In this document: positions 12,730-21,160 of the stretch, piece by piece
Position numbering within the stretch: the stretch's first letter is position 1
Layout: every line of letters starts with the position of its first letter
Assembly: GCA_033551855.1 (NCBI GenBank)
Contig: JAWSUI010000025.1
Location: 1 to 53,160, forward strand
DNA length: 53,160 nt
DNA from: Deferrisomatales bacterium
GTDB lineage: Bacteria; Desulfobacterota; Deferrisomatia; Deferrisomatales; JACRMM01
Reading direction: 5' to 3'
Translations under genes and position numbers: made by a program
Notes under the pieces: model-generated
Databases searched by the model: none
What the model was told of the DNA's origin: nothing
What the model saw: the letters and a program-made list of their open reading frames with translations, nothing else

Positions 12730-13146
12730 TTGATCGAGGCGAGGGGCTGGGTGGTCGAGGTCCGGCCGGGAAGGGCCCTGGTGGACACGACGGGGGCGGG
12801 CGCCTGCGAATCCTGCGGCGCGGGACGCGCCTGTTCGTGCTCCGGAGGAGGAGGCGGCCGCCGGATCTGGGCGGAGGACCCCGTGGGGGTGGCCCCGGGG
12901 GAGTGGGTGGTCCTGGGCATCTCCGAGGAGACCCTGGTCCGGGCCGGCGTGCTCGTCTACCTCGTTCCTGCCGCGGCCTTGGTCATCGGGGCGGCGGTCG
13001 GGCATGCCCTCGCGCCGGCGCTGGGGTTCTCCCCCGACCTGGGGGCGGCCTCCCTGGGGATCCTCGGTCTGGTTGCGGCGTTGGTTGTCTCCCGACTTCT
13101 GGGAGGCAGATCTTCCGACGGCCCGCGGGTCCTGGGGAGGGTTTGA
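12730..13146 (+). CDS. RseC/MucC (SoxR-reducing system RseC) family membrane protein
   Basis: CESC...C motif, then VVLGISEETLVRAGVLVYLVP and two TM helices; TTG start. Confidence 0.8.
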   Translation: MIEARGWVVEVRPGRALVDTTGAGACESCGAGRACSCSGGGGGRRIWAEDPVGVAPGEWVVLGISEETLVRAGVLVYLVPAAALVIGAAVGHALAPALGFSPDLGAASLGILGLVAALVVSRLLGGRSSDGPRVLGRV

Positions 13147-13147
13147 G

Positions 13148-13612
13148 GTGGGCAAGCGGCCGGAGGGCGTCCACGTGGCCTGCACCAACAAGAAGGCCCG
13201 CCGCGACTATCACATCGAAGAGACTCTCGAGGCCGGCATCGTCCTGCGCGGCAGCGAGGTGAAGAGCCTGCGCGACGGCAAGGCGAACCTCACCGACGCC
13301 TACGCCTGGGAGCAGGGCGGAGAAGTCTGGATCTCGGGCCTGCACATCTCCGCGTACTCCCACACCCGCATCGAAGAGCAGGAGCCCACCCGGGACCGTA
13401 AGCTCCTGCTCCACGCCCAGGAGATCCGCAAGCTCGCCGTCAAGATCCAGCAGCGGGGCTACACCCTGGTGCCCCTGAGGATCTACTTCAAGCGGGGGTA
13501 CGCCAAGGTGGAGCTCGGCCTGGGTCGGGGCAAGAAGCTCTACGACAAGCGCGAGGATCTGAAAAAGGCCGACGCCAAACGGGAGATGGAGAGGGCCCTG
13601 CGAACGCACTGA
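13148..13612 (+). CDS. smpB: SsrA-binding protein
   Basis: NKKARRDY, EAGIVLRGSEVKSLR, RKLLLH, GKKLYDKR. Confidence 0.97.
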   Translation: MGKRPEGVHVACTNKKARRDYHIEETLEAGIVLRGSEVKSLRDGKANLTDAYAWEQGGEVWISGLHISAYSHTRIEEQEPTRDRKLLLHAQEIRKLAVKIQQRGYTLVPLRIYFKRGYAKVELGLGRGKKLYDKREDLKKADAKREMERALRTH

Positions 13613-13631
13613 GGAGGATCGCACGGGAAGC

Positions 13632-13668
13632 AACCGGGGGTTCTGCGCGAGGCGCGGAACCCCCGGTT
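13632..13668 (+). terminator. Strong hairpin downstream of smpB
   Basis: AACCGGGGGTTC...GAACCCCCGGTT perfect 12-bp stem extended by GCGC pairs; no long U tract. Confidence 0.55.
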
Positions 13669-13982
13669 CGCTCTTGGGGGGCCGAGGTGAGGCTCCCGGC
13701 GGCCCAAACCGTAGGCCGGTGCAGAAACAGTTTCTCGAGTTGAAATAGGTTTTGAAAGTTGTTGGTCCTCCGGAAGAGGCGGCTCAAGATAAAACGAGTC
13801 CTCGATTTCGGGACGTTGGTTTTGAAACGGCGAGCTAAACAAATTTTATTGAGTGCATGTTGATACGGAACGTGGTCTACATTAGTCCTCGGTGAGGAGC
13901 GACGCAGGAGATCCATTGGAAGAAGAGATTGGTTGTGATATTCTATATACAAGTTGAAAGGGCGAACGAAAGGCCACCTTCC

Positions 13983-14576
13983 ATGATTCATGGACTCGAC
14001 GTGACGGCCCCGCTTGTCGGATGCGTGCTGTCGGATCGGACCGGGCTCGGGAGGTACTACCTCTTGAGGGGACGGAAGTACCTCGTCCACCCCATCGGCC
14101 CGGGGGAGCCCCGGCGGATCGCCGAAGCGGCGGGAGAGCCCGCGCACGCGCGCGAATTCGCCCCCTCCCGCTGGGTGCTGGGGCTCGCGGCGGCCGAAGT
14201 CGGGGGAGAAGGGGAGGAACCGGGCGTGCCCCTGGGGTTCTATGCCCTGGCCCACAGCGGAGACCCCACCTGCTACGACGACACGCTCATCTTCGTCCGG
14301 CCGGAGGCCCGCGGACGCGACCTGAGCTTCCTCCTGATCTACGCCGCCTACGGGGAGCTCTTGCGCACCTCCCTGTCCTTCCGTCTCCGGGAGGCTACCC
14401 ATCACCCCCGGCTCCGGCTCTTCGCCCGGTGTGGGTTCGCCCCGCCGGTGCGCCCTCTGGTGGACGGCAAGGTCGAGGTGGGCAACTTCGACGTCCACGC
14501 CATCCTCTCCCGCATCGAGTCCGAGGCCGAGATCGTCGACGTCTCGCTGACACCGCTCCCCCCACCGGTACACTGA
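13983..14576 (+). CDS. GNAT-like acetyltransferase (divergent)
   Basis: IFVRPEARGRDLS resembles GNAT motif A and LFARCGF resembles motif B; host-like codon usage from ATG 13983. Confidence 0.55.
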   Translation: MIHGLDVTAPLVGCVLSDRTGLGRYYLLRGRKYLVHPIGPGEPRRIAEAAGEPAHAREFAPSRWVLGLAAAEVGGEGEEPGVPLGFYALAHSGDPTCYDDTLIFVRPEARGRDLSFLLIYAAYGELLRTSLSFRLREATHHPRLRLFARCGFAPPVRPLVDGKVEVGNFDVHAILSRIESEAEIVDVSLTPLPPPVH

Positions 14577-14708
14577 ACCGGGACCTCGTCCCCCGGGGGG
14601 CGACATCCCTCTCCCCGGGAAATGTCGCCCTCACTGCCCGCCCGTCGTCCCGCCTCATCCGCCGGAGTGCTTGCGTGATCCTGTGAATTAATCCTGTGTC
14701 GAATCCTG

Positions 14709-14737
14709 TTGACACCGCTGTTTCGACCCGCTAGGGT
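14709..14737 (+). promoter_or_regulatory. sigma70 promoter of the tungstate operon
   Basis: TTGACA-N17-TAGGGT; predicted start falls at the riboswitch 5' end (~14744). Confidence 0.75.
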
Positions 14738-14743
14738 CACCGC

Positions 14744-14841
14744 ATCTCCGAGCGGAACGGCCTACCGGCTCTCGAGCCCATGGCCGCCCGCCTGTGGGTC
14801 CGGGTGGAAACGCCCTGGCCCCCCGCGCTTGGAAAGGAGAT
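14744..14841 (+). ncRNA. Moco-family riboswitch, P3-less (tungsten cofactor, Wco-type) variant
   Basis: P1 ATCTCC/GGAGAT, CCGAG junction, P2 with CCTA/ATGG internal motif, P4 closed by a GAAA tetraloop (GGGTGGAAACGCCC), terminal TTGGAAAGGAG; upstream of tup genes. Confidence 0.88.
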
Positions 14842-14866
14842 CCGGAAGGTGCCGTGTGCTCGCCAC

Positions 14867-14897
14867 AGGCCCTCCCCCGCGCGGGGAGGGCCTTTTT
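14867..14897 (+). terminator. Intrinsic terminator in the riboswitch leader (expression platform)
   Basis: AGGCCCTCCCC-cgcgc-GGGGAGGGCCT followed by a T run, between the aptamer and the first ATG. Confidence 0.75.
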
Positions 14898-14996
14898 GCG
14901 CCCTCCCCCCCCGCCTCCTTTCCCGCGTTGCGCCGTGGTTCCGCCCCGTCGGGGCATGGCCGCGGGGCTGTGCCCCGCCTAGGAAAGGAGGAGAGG

Positions 14997-16202
14997 ATGA
15001 GAAAGGCTGTCGTTCTTGGGATGGCGGTGGCGGCGGTCGCACTGCTGGCCGCGGCTCGGCCCGCGCATGCCGCGGTGGACCTGCTCCAGCGGCTGGTGGA
15101 GAAGGACATCATCAACGAAGAGGAGCGAAAGGAGCTCGCCAAGGAGCAGGACGTGGTCTCCGCCCACCGGGGGCGGAGCTTCTCCTGGGCGACCCCGGAC
15201 GGCGCGTTCCGGGCCGAGCTCTACGGGTACGGCCAGGTGCGCTACACCTTCGACGACCGGGACCAGGGCGACAACCGAAGCAACTTCTCGGTCCAGCGGA
15301 TGCGGCTCGGCCTGCGGGGCAACGCCTTCATCAAGGACCTCAAGTACCAGCTCCTCCTGAATGTGTACTCCGGCGACGAAAACCGCGTCTCCCTGTTCGA
15401 CTGGTTCGCCGACTACACCCCCCTCCCGGAGATCGGCCTCAAGGCCGGTCACTACAAGGTCCCCTACGCCGTCCAGTGGAACATCTCGGCGGCGAACCTC
15501 CAGTTCGTGGAGCGCACCACGGTGGACGCGAACTTCCGCTTCGACCGGGACACGGGCGTCACGGTCCACGGCACGTTCTTCTCGATGCTCTCCTACGACG
15601 TGGGCGTCTACAACGGCGAGGGCACGAACAAGAACAACCCCGATGACGGGCACCTCTACGTGGCCCGGCTCACGCTCGAGCCCCTGGGCCGGTACGCCCT
15701 GGCCGAGTCGGACATCGCCCGCTCCAAGAGCCCGATCGTTCTCCTGTCTGCTGCCTTTGCCCAGAACAACGACGTGGCTTCCCACACCCGAGGCAACCTG
15801 AACGGGCGGCTCACGGCGCTGGGGCCGAGCGACGTGACGAGTTGGAACGGCTTCGCGGGCCTCAAGTGGATGGGCGCGTCGGCCCAGGCCGAGTACCACC
15901 GCCGGAAGATCGACCCCGAGGACTCGACGTTGGACGACGAGACGGCGGTGGGGTTCTACGCCCAGGGAGGCTACCTGGTCTGGAAGAACAAGCTGGAGGT
16001 GGCCGGGCGCTACGAGTACTTCGACCCCAACGACGATCTGGCCGACAACCTGCGCCAGGAGTACGGCGGTGCCGTGAGCTGGTTCTTCGCCGGCCACCGC
16101 AACAAGCTCCAGGCCGACTTCTTCCGCATCAACACCCAGAGCCGGACCGCGGACTCCGCCAACGACAACCGCCTGCGGGTGCAGTACCAGTTGGCGTTCT
16201 AA
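14997..16202 (+). CDS. Anion-selective outer-membrane porin (OprO/OprP-like)
   Basis: AAGGAGG RBS, signal peptide, FSVQRMRLGLRG, NLQFVER, beta-strand pattern, C-terminal Phe (QYQLAF). Confidence 0.82.
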   Translation: MRKAVVLGMAVAAVALLAAARPAHAAVDLLQRLVEKDIINEEERKELAKEQDVVSAHRGRSFSWATPDGAFRAELYGYGQVRYTFDDRDQGDNRSNFSVQRMRLGLRGNAFIKDLKYQLLLNVYSGDENRVSLFDWFADYTPLPEIGLKAGHYKVPYAVQWNISAANLQFVERTTVDANFRFDRDTGVTVHGTFFSMLSYDVGVYNGEGTNKNNPDDGHLYVARLTLEPLGRYALAESDIARSKSPIVLLSAAFAQNNDVASHTRGNLNGRLTALGPSDVTSWNGFAGLKWMGASAQAEYHRRKIDPEDSTLDDETAVGFYAQGGYLVWKNKLEVAGRYEYFDPNDDLADNLRQEYGGAVSWFFAGHRNKLQADFFRINTQSRTADSANDNRLRVQYQLAF

Positions 16203-16215
16203 GGGAGGACCACAC

Positions 16216-17034
16216 ATGCGACGCAGTTTCTCCACACTGATCCTGACTGCACTGGTGACCCTCGCGCTGGCACTCCCGGGCCTCGCCCAGGAGCGCCTGC
16301 GCCTGAGTACCACCACCAGCACCGAGAACTCGGGACTCCTCAAGGTGCTCCTGCCGCCCTTCGAGGCGGCGAACAACGTCAAGGTCGACGTGATCGCCGT
16401 GGGCACGGGCAAGGCCCTCAAGCTCGGTGAGAACGGCGACGTGGACGTGGTCTTCACCCACGACCCGGGCCTGGAGGACCAGTTCATGGCCGCCGGGTTC
16501 GGGGCCAACCGGGAGAAGGTGATGCACAACGACTTCGTGGTCGTCGGGCCGGCGGCGGACCCGGCCGGGCTCAAGGCCGTCAAGACCGCCGCCGAAGCCT
16601 TCCAGCGCCTCGCCGAGGGCAAGGCGTCCTTCATCTCCCGGGGAGACGAGTCGGGCACCCACCAGAAGGAGAAGGCCCTCTGGAAGGCGGCCGGCATCGA
16701 GCCCAAGGGGGCGTGGTACGTCCCGGCCGGGCAGGGGATGGGCGAGGTCCTGAACATGGCCGACGAGAAGCGCGGCTACGCCCTCACCGACCGCGGCACC
16801 TACATCGCCTACCAGAGCAAGATCGAGCTCCCCATCCTCTTCGAGGGCGACCCGGTCCTCTTCAACCCCTACAGCATCATGGCGGTGAACCCCGCCAAAC
16901 ACCCCCACGCCAAGTACGACCTGGCGAAAAAGCTCGTGGAATTCGTCGTGAGCCGCGAGGGCCAGAAGCTGATCGCCGGCTACGCCCTGCACGGCCAGCA
17001 GCTCTTCTTCCCGGACGCGATACCCAACCCGTAG
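16216..17034 (+). CDS. tupA: Tungstate ABC transporter substrate-binding protein
   Basis: Signal peptide then LSTTTSTENSGLL (TupA TTTS signature), VGTGKAL, FISRGDESGTH, TDRGTY. Confidence 0.93.
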   Translation: MRRSFSTLILTALVTLALALPGLAQERLRLSTTTSTENSGLLKVLLPPFEAANNVKVDVIAVGTGKALKLGENGDVDVVFTHDPGLEDQFMAAGFGANREKVMHNDFVVVGPAADPAGLKAVKTAAEAFQRLAEGKASFISRGDESGTHQKEKALWKAAGIEPKGAWYVPAGQGMGEVLNMADEKRGYALTDRGTYIAYQSKIELPILFEGDPVLFNPYSIMAVNPAKHPHAKYDLAKKLVEFVVSREGQKLIAGYALHGQQLFFPDAIPNP

Positions 17035-17116
17035 GTCGGGTTAGCCCGCAAGGCGTAACCCGACGCGGTGCCTCACCCGAGGGCCCGTCGGGTTACGCTT
17101 GGCTAACCCGACCTAC
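17031..17116. repeat. GTAG-family REP doublet (REPIN-like palindrome)
   Basis: GTAGGTCGGGTTAGC..GCGTAACCCGAC and an inverted copy ending GCTAACCCGACCTAC; supplies the tupA TAG stop. Confidence 0.8.
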
Positions 17117-17240
17117 GACTACTGGTTCGTTGGGATCGGCAGTCGGGTTGGCCCGGCCGCTTCGAGTCTGCACCGGGTTTCCACTCGTCCCTGAGGTCCC
17201 ATACGTCCCATCGGCCCACAACCGACAACGAGAGCAGCCC

Positions 17241-17933
17241 TTGAACTACTTCCTCACTTCCTTCGCCGCCGCCTGGAAGCTCCTGACGACCTTCGACCCC
17301 GAGGTCTACTTCGTGGTCTGGACGTCGCTCAAGATCGCGTCGGTGTCGGCGCTCCTGGCGGCGGTGGCCGGGATACCCCTGGGGCTCGGCCTGGCGCTGG
17401 CTCGGTTTCGGGGCCGTGGCTTCTTGCTCCTGCTCCTGAATACCGCCATGGCCCTGCCCACGGTGGTGATCGGGCTCTTCGTCTACGCCCTCATCAGCCG
17501 GCGGGGGCCCCTGGGGGAGCTCGGGCTCCTCTTCACGCCCACAGGGGTGATCATCGGCCAGCTCCTTCTGGCCCTGCCGGTGGCCGTCCACTACGCGCAC
17601 TCCGCGATCCAGGCCCTGGACCCGCGCCTCTTTCTCACCATCCGCACCCTGGGCGCCCGGGGCAGCGCGGCGGCGTGGAAGATCCTCACTGAGGCCCGTT
17701 TCGGTGTCATGGCCGCCGTGGTGGCCTCCTTCGGCCGCACCATCGCCGAGGTGGGGGTGGCCATGATGCTGGGCGGCAACATCGAAGGCTTCACCCGCAC
17801 CATGACCACGGCCATCGCCCTGGAGACGAGCAAGGGCGAGTTCGAGTTGGCCCTCGCCCTTGGGCTCGTCCTCATGGCAGTGGCCTTCACCGTGAACCTG
17901 GGGCTCTACGTTCTCCAGAGGGGGTCCCGATGA
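17241..17933 (+). CDS. tupB: Tungstate ABC transporter permease
   Basis: LPTVVIGLFVY..SRRGPLG.LGLLFTP, FGRTIAEVGVAMMLGGNI, TTAIALETSKG; TTG start. Confidence 0.92.
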   Translation: MNYFLTSFAAAWKLLTTFDPEVYFVVWTSLKIASVSALLAAVAGIPLGLGLALARFRGRGFLLLLLNTAMALPTVVIGLFVYALISRRGPLGELGLLFTPTGVIIGQLLLALPVAVHYAHSAIQALDPRLFLTIRTLGARGSAAAWKILTEARFGVMAAVVASFGRTIAEVGVAMMLGGNIEGFTRTMTTAIALETSKGEFELALALGLVLMAVAFTVNLGLYVLQRGSR

Positions 17934-18931
17934 ACGCGGCGTATCACTTGGAAAACCTGGGGTTCGCCTACGGGGAGAGGGAAGTCCTGGACGTTTCCCG
18001 CCTGGAGATTCCGGCCGGCAAGGTCACTGCCCTGGTGGGCCCCAACGGGTCGGGGAAGTCCACCCTGCTGCACGTGCTCTCGTTCCTGGCCGAGCCGCGC
18101 CGAGGGAGCCTGCGATTCTACGGCGAGGAGGCCACGGCCGCTCGGGTTCCCGCCCTGCGCCTCCGGGTGGGGCTGCTGCTCCAGAACCCCTACCTCTTCC
18201 ACGCGTCCGTGGCGGGAAACGTGGACTGGGGGCTCAAGGTCCGGGGCATGGAGCGCCTCGAACGGCAGAGGAGGATCGGCGAGGCCCTGGGGCTCCTGGG
18301 GCTCGCCGGCTACGAGGACCGCTTCGCCCACGCCCTGTCGGGAGGGGAGTCGCAGCGCCTGGCCCTGGCTCGCCTGCTCGCCCTGGAGCCCGACGTGATC
18401 CTCTTGGACGAACCCACGAACCATCTGGACGCCGAGACCCGGGTCCGGGTGGAGCACGCCCTCCAGGACTGGGTCGGCCGCCGGGGTACCACGGTGGTGC
18501 TCGCGACCCACGACGTGGCCCAGGCCTACCGGCTCGGCGCGGCGGTCTGGCAGATGGAGGACGGAAGGATCCGGGAAGGGGAGCCCGACAACGTGTTCCG
18601 GGGCAGGCCCGTGACGGGGGAGCCCGGGGTCTTCGAGACGGCCCGCCTGCGCCTGCGGGTGCACCCCCCGCCGGAGGGGGCCGTTTGCCTGCGCATCGGG
18701 CCCCAGGAGGTCCTCCTCTCCCGGGAGCCGCCGTCCACCTCGGCCCTCAACTGCCTCCGGGGCACGGTGGTGCGGGCGGAGCTCGCGGGCCCCGGGGAGA
18801 TTCGTGCCACCATCGACTGCGGCGAGCCCCTGGTGGCCGTCGTCACCCAGGAGTCCTGGAACCGCCTCGGGCTCACCGTGGGCCAGGAGGCGGTGGCCTC
18901 CTTCAAGGCGACGGCCGTGCGCCCGTGCTGA
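17930..18931 (+). CDS. tupC: Tungstate ABC transporter ATPase with C-terminal TOBE domain
   Basis: GPNGSGKST, LSGGE, ILLDEP; TOBE-like TSALN...VTQESWNRLGL...FKATAV; ATGA overlap. Confidence 0.9.
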   Translation: MNAAYHLENLGFAYGEREVLDVSRLEIPAGKVTALVGPNGSGKSTLLHVLSFLAEPRRGSLRFYGEEATAARVPALRLRVGLLLQNPYLFHASVAGNVDWGLKVRGMERLERQRRIGEALGLLGLAGYEDRFAHALSGGESQRLALARLLALEPDVILLDEPTNHLDAETRVRVEHALQDWVGRRGTTVVLATHDVAQAYRLGAAVWQMEDGRIREGEPDNVFRGRPVTGEPGVFETARLRLRVHPPPEGAVCLRIGPQEVLLSREPPSTSALNCLRGTVVRAELAGPGEIRATIDCGEPLVAVVTQESWNRLGLTVGQEAVASFKATAVRPC

Positions 18932-18968
18932 ATTGCTCACACATCGTCTTCAGGAAAAGGAGCCGACC

Positions 18969-19829
18969 ATGACCCGACGACTCGCAACCCTGGCCGCTCT
19001 GGCCTTCCTTTTCGGTGCGACCGCTCCGAGCGACGCCTATGACCGCTGCGCAGACATCTACGGTGCGGCGAGCGGCCAGCGCCTCTCCCTTGCCACCGGC
19101 AGCCCGGGAGAACTGGGGCTCGTGAAGGCCTTGGTGGAGGCTTACAACAAGGTGGAGCCCGTCTCCGTGTGCTGGAAAAAGGCCGGCTCGGGAGCCTCCC
19201 TGAAGCTGCTCGAGGCCAAGGCGGTGGACCTGATCATGGTCCACGCGCCCGCTGCGGAGAAGAAGGCGGTCGCGGACGGGTGGGCTGCCAACCGCACCCT
19301 GATCGGGTCCAACGAATTCTACCTCGTGGGGCCCCCGGAGGATTCGGCGAAGATCGCCGAGGCGAAGGACGCGGCGGATGCCTACCGGCGCATTGCGCAG
19401 GCCCAGGCGAAATTCTTCACCCGGGGGGACAACTCCGGCACCCACATGAAGGAGCTCGCGATCTGGGGTAAGGCGGGGGTGAAGCCCGAGGGGGCCTGGT
19501 ATGTGACCTCCGCGGACTTCATGGCGGCCACGCTCAAGCGGGCGAGCGACGAGGGGGCCTACTTCATGACCGACAGCAGCACCTGGATCGCCGAGGGAAA
19601 GAACGCGCCCAACCTCCGGATCCTCTTCCGGGGCGACAAGTTCCTCGTGAACACCTACCACGCGCTGAGCGTCCCTGAGGGCGCGACAGGCGGTGCGGCG
19701 GCGGCTGCACGGTTCGTGCGGTTCCTAGCGTCGGAGGCGGGGCAGGGGGTCATCCGGGACTTCGGGAAGGACGTGCACGGCCGGGGGATCTACGACGACG
19801 CCGCCTACGCGAGCCAGTACGACGATTGA
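18969..19829 (+). CDS. Second TupA-like (PBP2) oxyanion-binding protein
   Basis: Signal peptide; shares NEFYLVGP, TRGDNSGTHMKE and WY motifs with TupA but has ATGSPGELG in place of TTTS. Confidence 0.82.
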   Translation: MTRRLATLAALAFLFGATAPSDAYDRCADIYGAASGQRLSLATGSPGELGLVKALVEAYNKVEPVSVCWKKAGSGASLKLLEAKAVDLIMVHAPAAEKKAVADGWAANRTLIGSNEFYLVGPPEDSAKIAEAKDAADAYRRIAQAQAKFFTRGDNSGTHMKELAIWGKAGVKPEGAWYVTSADFMAATLKRASDEGAYFMTDSSTWIAEGKNAPNLRILFRGDKFLVNTYHALSVPEGATGGAAAAARFVRFLASEAGQGVIRDFGKDVHGRGIYDDAAYASQYDD

Positions 19830-19837
19830 GGACGGCC

Positions 19838-20125
19838 ATGCACGTCTCCCTTCTTCTCTTTCACTGCCAGGCCTGCGGCGTCTGGGAGCGGGCCGCCACC
19901 GAGGACGCATTGGTCCGGCTGCAGCGAGAGGGCCTGTGCCAGGGGTGCCGGGCGGCCCGTACCCTGGAGCGGCGGCCGGCGCTCCTGCCCCTGTTCGTGG
20001 GGTTCTGGCGAAAGAGCGGGTTTCCCGCCTCCTCGGCCTGGCTTGCGGCAGTCCTGCCCCCAACCGCCCCCGCCGCGGCCCCGGACCGGCCTGCCGCCGA
20101 GCCGGCCCCGGTGCCGTCCCACTGA
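19838..20125 (+). CDS. Small C4 zinc-finger protein
   Basis: CQAC-x20-CQGC; GAGGA RBS; tight operon spacing. Confidence 0.55.
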   Translation: MHVSLLLFHCQACGVWERAATEDALVRLQREGLCQGCRAARTLERRPALLPLFVGFWRKSGFPASSAWLAAVLPPTAPAAAPDRPAAEPAPVPSH

Positions 20126-20147
20126 TCCCGGCTCGGAGGTCTTGCCC

Positions 20148-20888
20148 GTGCGCATCTACGTGGGGTTCGACGACACCGACACCAAGGACGCCGATCGGGG
20201 AACAGGCAAGCTCGCCCGGTGGTTCGAGGGTGAGCTCCCTCCGGCGTGCGCCGTCTGGGGTGTGGTGCGCCAGCAACTCCTTCTGGACTCTCGCATCCCC
20301 TACACGTCCCACAACAGCGCGGCATGCGTGGTGGTGGAGGCCCCGGGCCCGGACGCCGCAGAAGGTTTGATCGCCCGCGCTCGCGACCACTTGGCGCGGC
20401 ACTTCCTGGAGGGAAGCGATCCCGGCCTGTGCGTGGCGGCGGAAGACAATCCGGCGTTGGAAAGGCTGATCGCTTTCGGACGGTTGGCGGCGATCGAGGT
20501 CGTGACCCCGGATGAAGCATGCTCGGCCGCTGGCGGCTGCCACCTGAGTGCCCATGGCGGCACGGGAGACGGCATCATCGGTGCCGCCGCAGCCGTCGGC
20601 CTGACGGCCGACGGCTGGAATGGCAGGTTCATCGAGTACCGGGGGTTGCGCGACCTGCCGCCGCGCGTCTCGATTGCCGGGCTCGCGGGCCGTGGCATAT
20701 TAGCGGTTTCCATGGACCGCGACGCGCCGGTGCCCCGCCCCGAGGATTGGGTGGAGACCAGGGGATGGCTGCGGCCGCGGTTGTGGGGCGGCCGTCCGAT
20801 CCTGCCCGTCCTCGGCGCCGGGGACGGCGTGTGGTGGTCCGTTGGGGAGAAGCGGCGGAAGGCGGATCCGGACAGCATCCAGGTGTGA
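20148..20888 (+). CDS. Stand-alone TiaS N-terminal-like (DDTD motif) protein
   Basis: IYVGFDDTD, GTG, RQQL...IPYTSHNS, SDPGLCV, GDGIIGA; GGAGG RBS before GTG. Confidence 0.7.
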   Translation: MRIYVGFDDTDTKDADRGTGKLARWFEGELPPACAVWGVVRQQLLLDSRIPYTSHNSAACVVVEAPGPDAAEGLIARARDHLARHFLEGSDPGLCVAAEDNPALERLIAFGRLAAIEVVTPDEACSAAGGCHLSAHGGTGDGIIGAAAAVGLTADGWNGRFIEYRGLRDLPPRVSIAGLAGRGILAVSMDRDAPVPRPEDWVETRGWLRPRLWGGRPILPVLGAGDGVWWSVGEKRRKADPDSIQV

Positions 20889-20900
20889 AGGAGGAAGGCC

Positions 20901-21128
20901 ATGGCGGGACAGATCTTCTACCGGGAGCGCACCAAGGTCGGCGAGGGGGAGAAGAAGCCGCGGTTCATGCTTGTGGCGGTGGCCGGCGTGGATCTGAAGG
21001 TCTTCGCCAAGCACCTGCGCAAGAGCGAGCTCGAGGACATCGCTCAGACGGTGAAGGCCGAGCTCGTCCTTCTGCCCCGGCGGAAGGGCTCCGCGGAGGA
21101 GGAGGAAGAGGTCGAGGTCCCCGGGTAG
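20901..21128 (+). CDS. 75-aa hypothetical protein
   Basis: AAGGAGG RBS, strongly host-like codon usage, acidic tail. Confidence 0.8.
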   Translation: MAGQIFYRERTKVGEGEKKPRFMLVAVAGVDLKVFAKHLRKSELEDIAQTVKAELVLLPRRKGSAEEEEEVEVPG

Positions 21129-21160
21129 ACCACACCGGAGGGCACCGCGGCCCGCTGTTC

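Noticed and set aside
13613..13982. tmRNA (ssrA) next to smpB
   Set aside because: No tRNA-like 5' end with GGxTTCGA and no 3' T-arm/CCACCA end on either strand
20148..20888. Full TiaS tRNA-modifying enzyme
   Set aside because: Too short, with no recognisable OB or Zn-ribbon domains
19838..20888. Selenocysteine readthrough fusing the Zn finger to the DDTD protein
   Set aside because: The two ORFs are in different frames and the second has its own RBS
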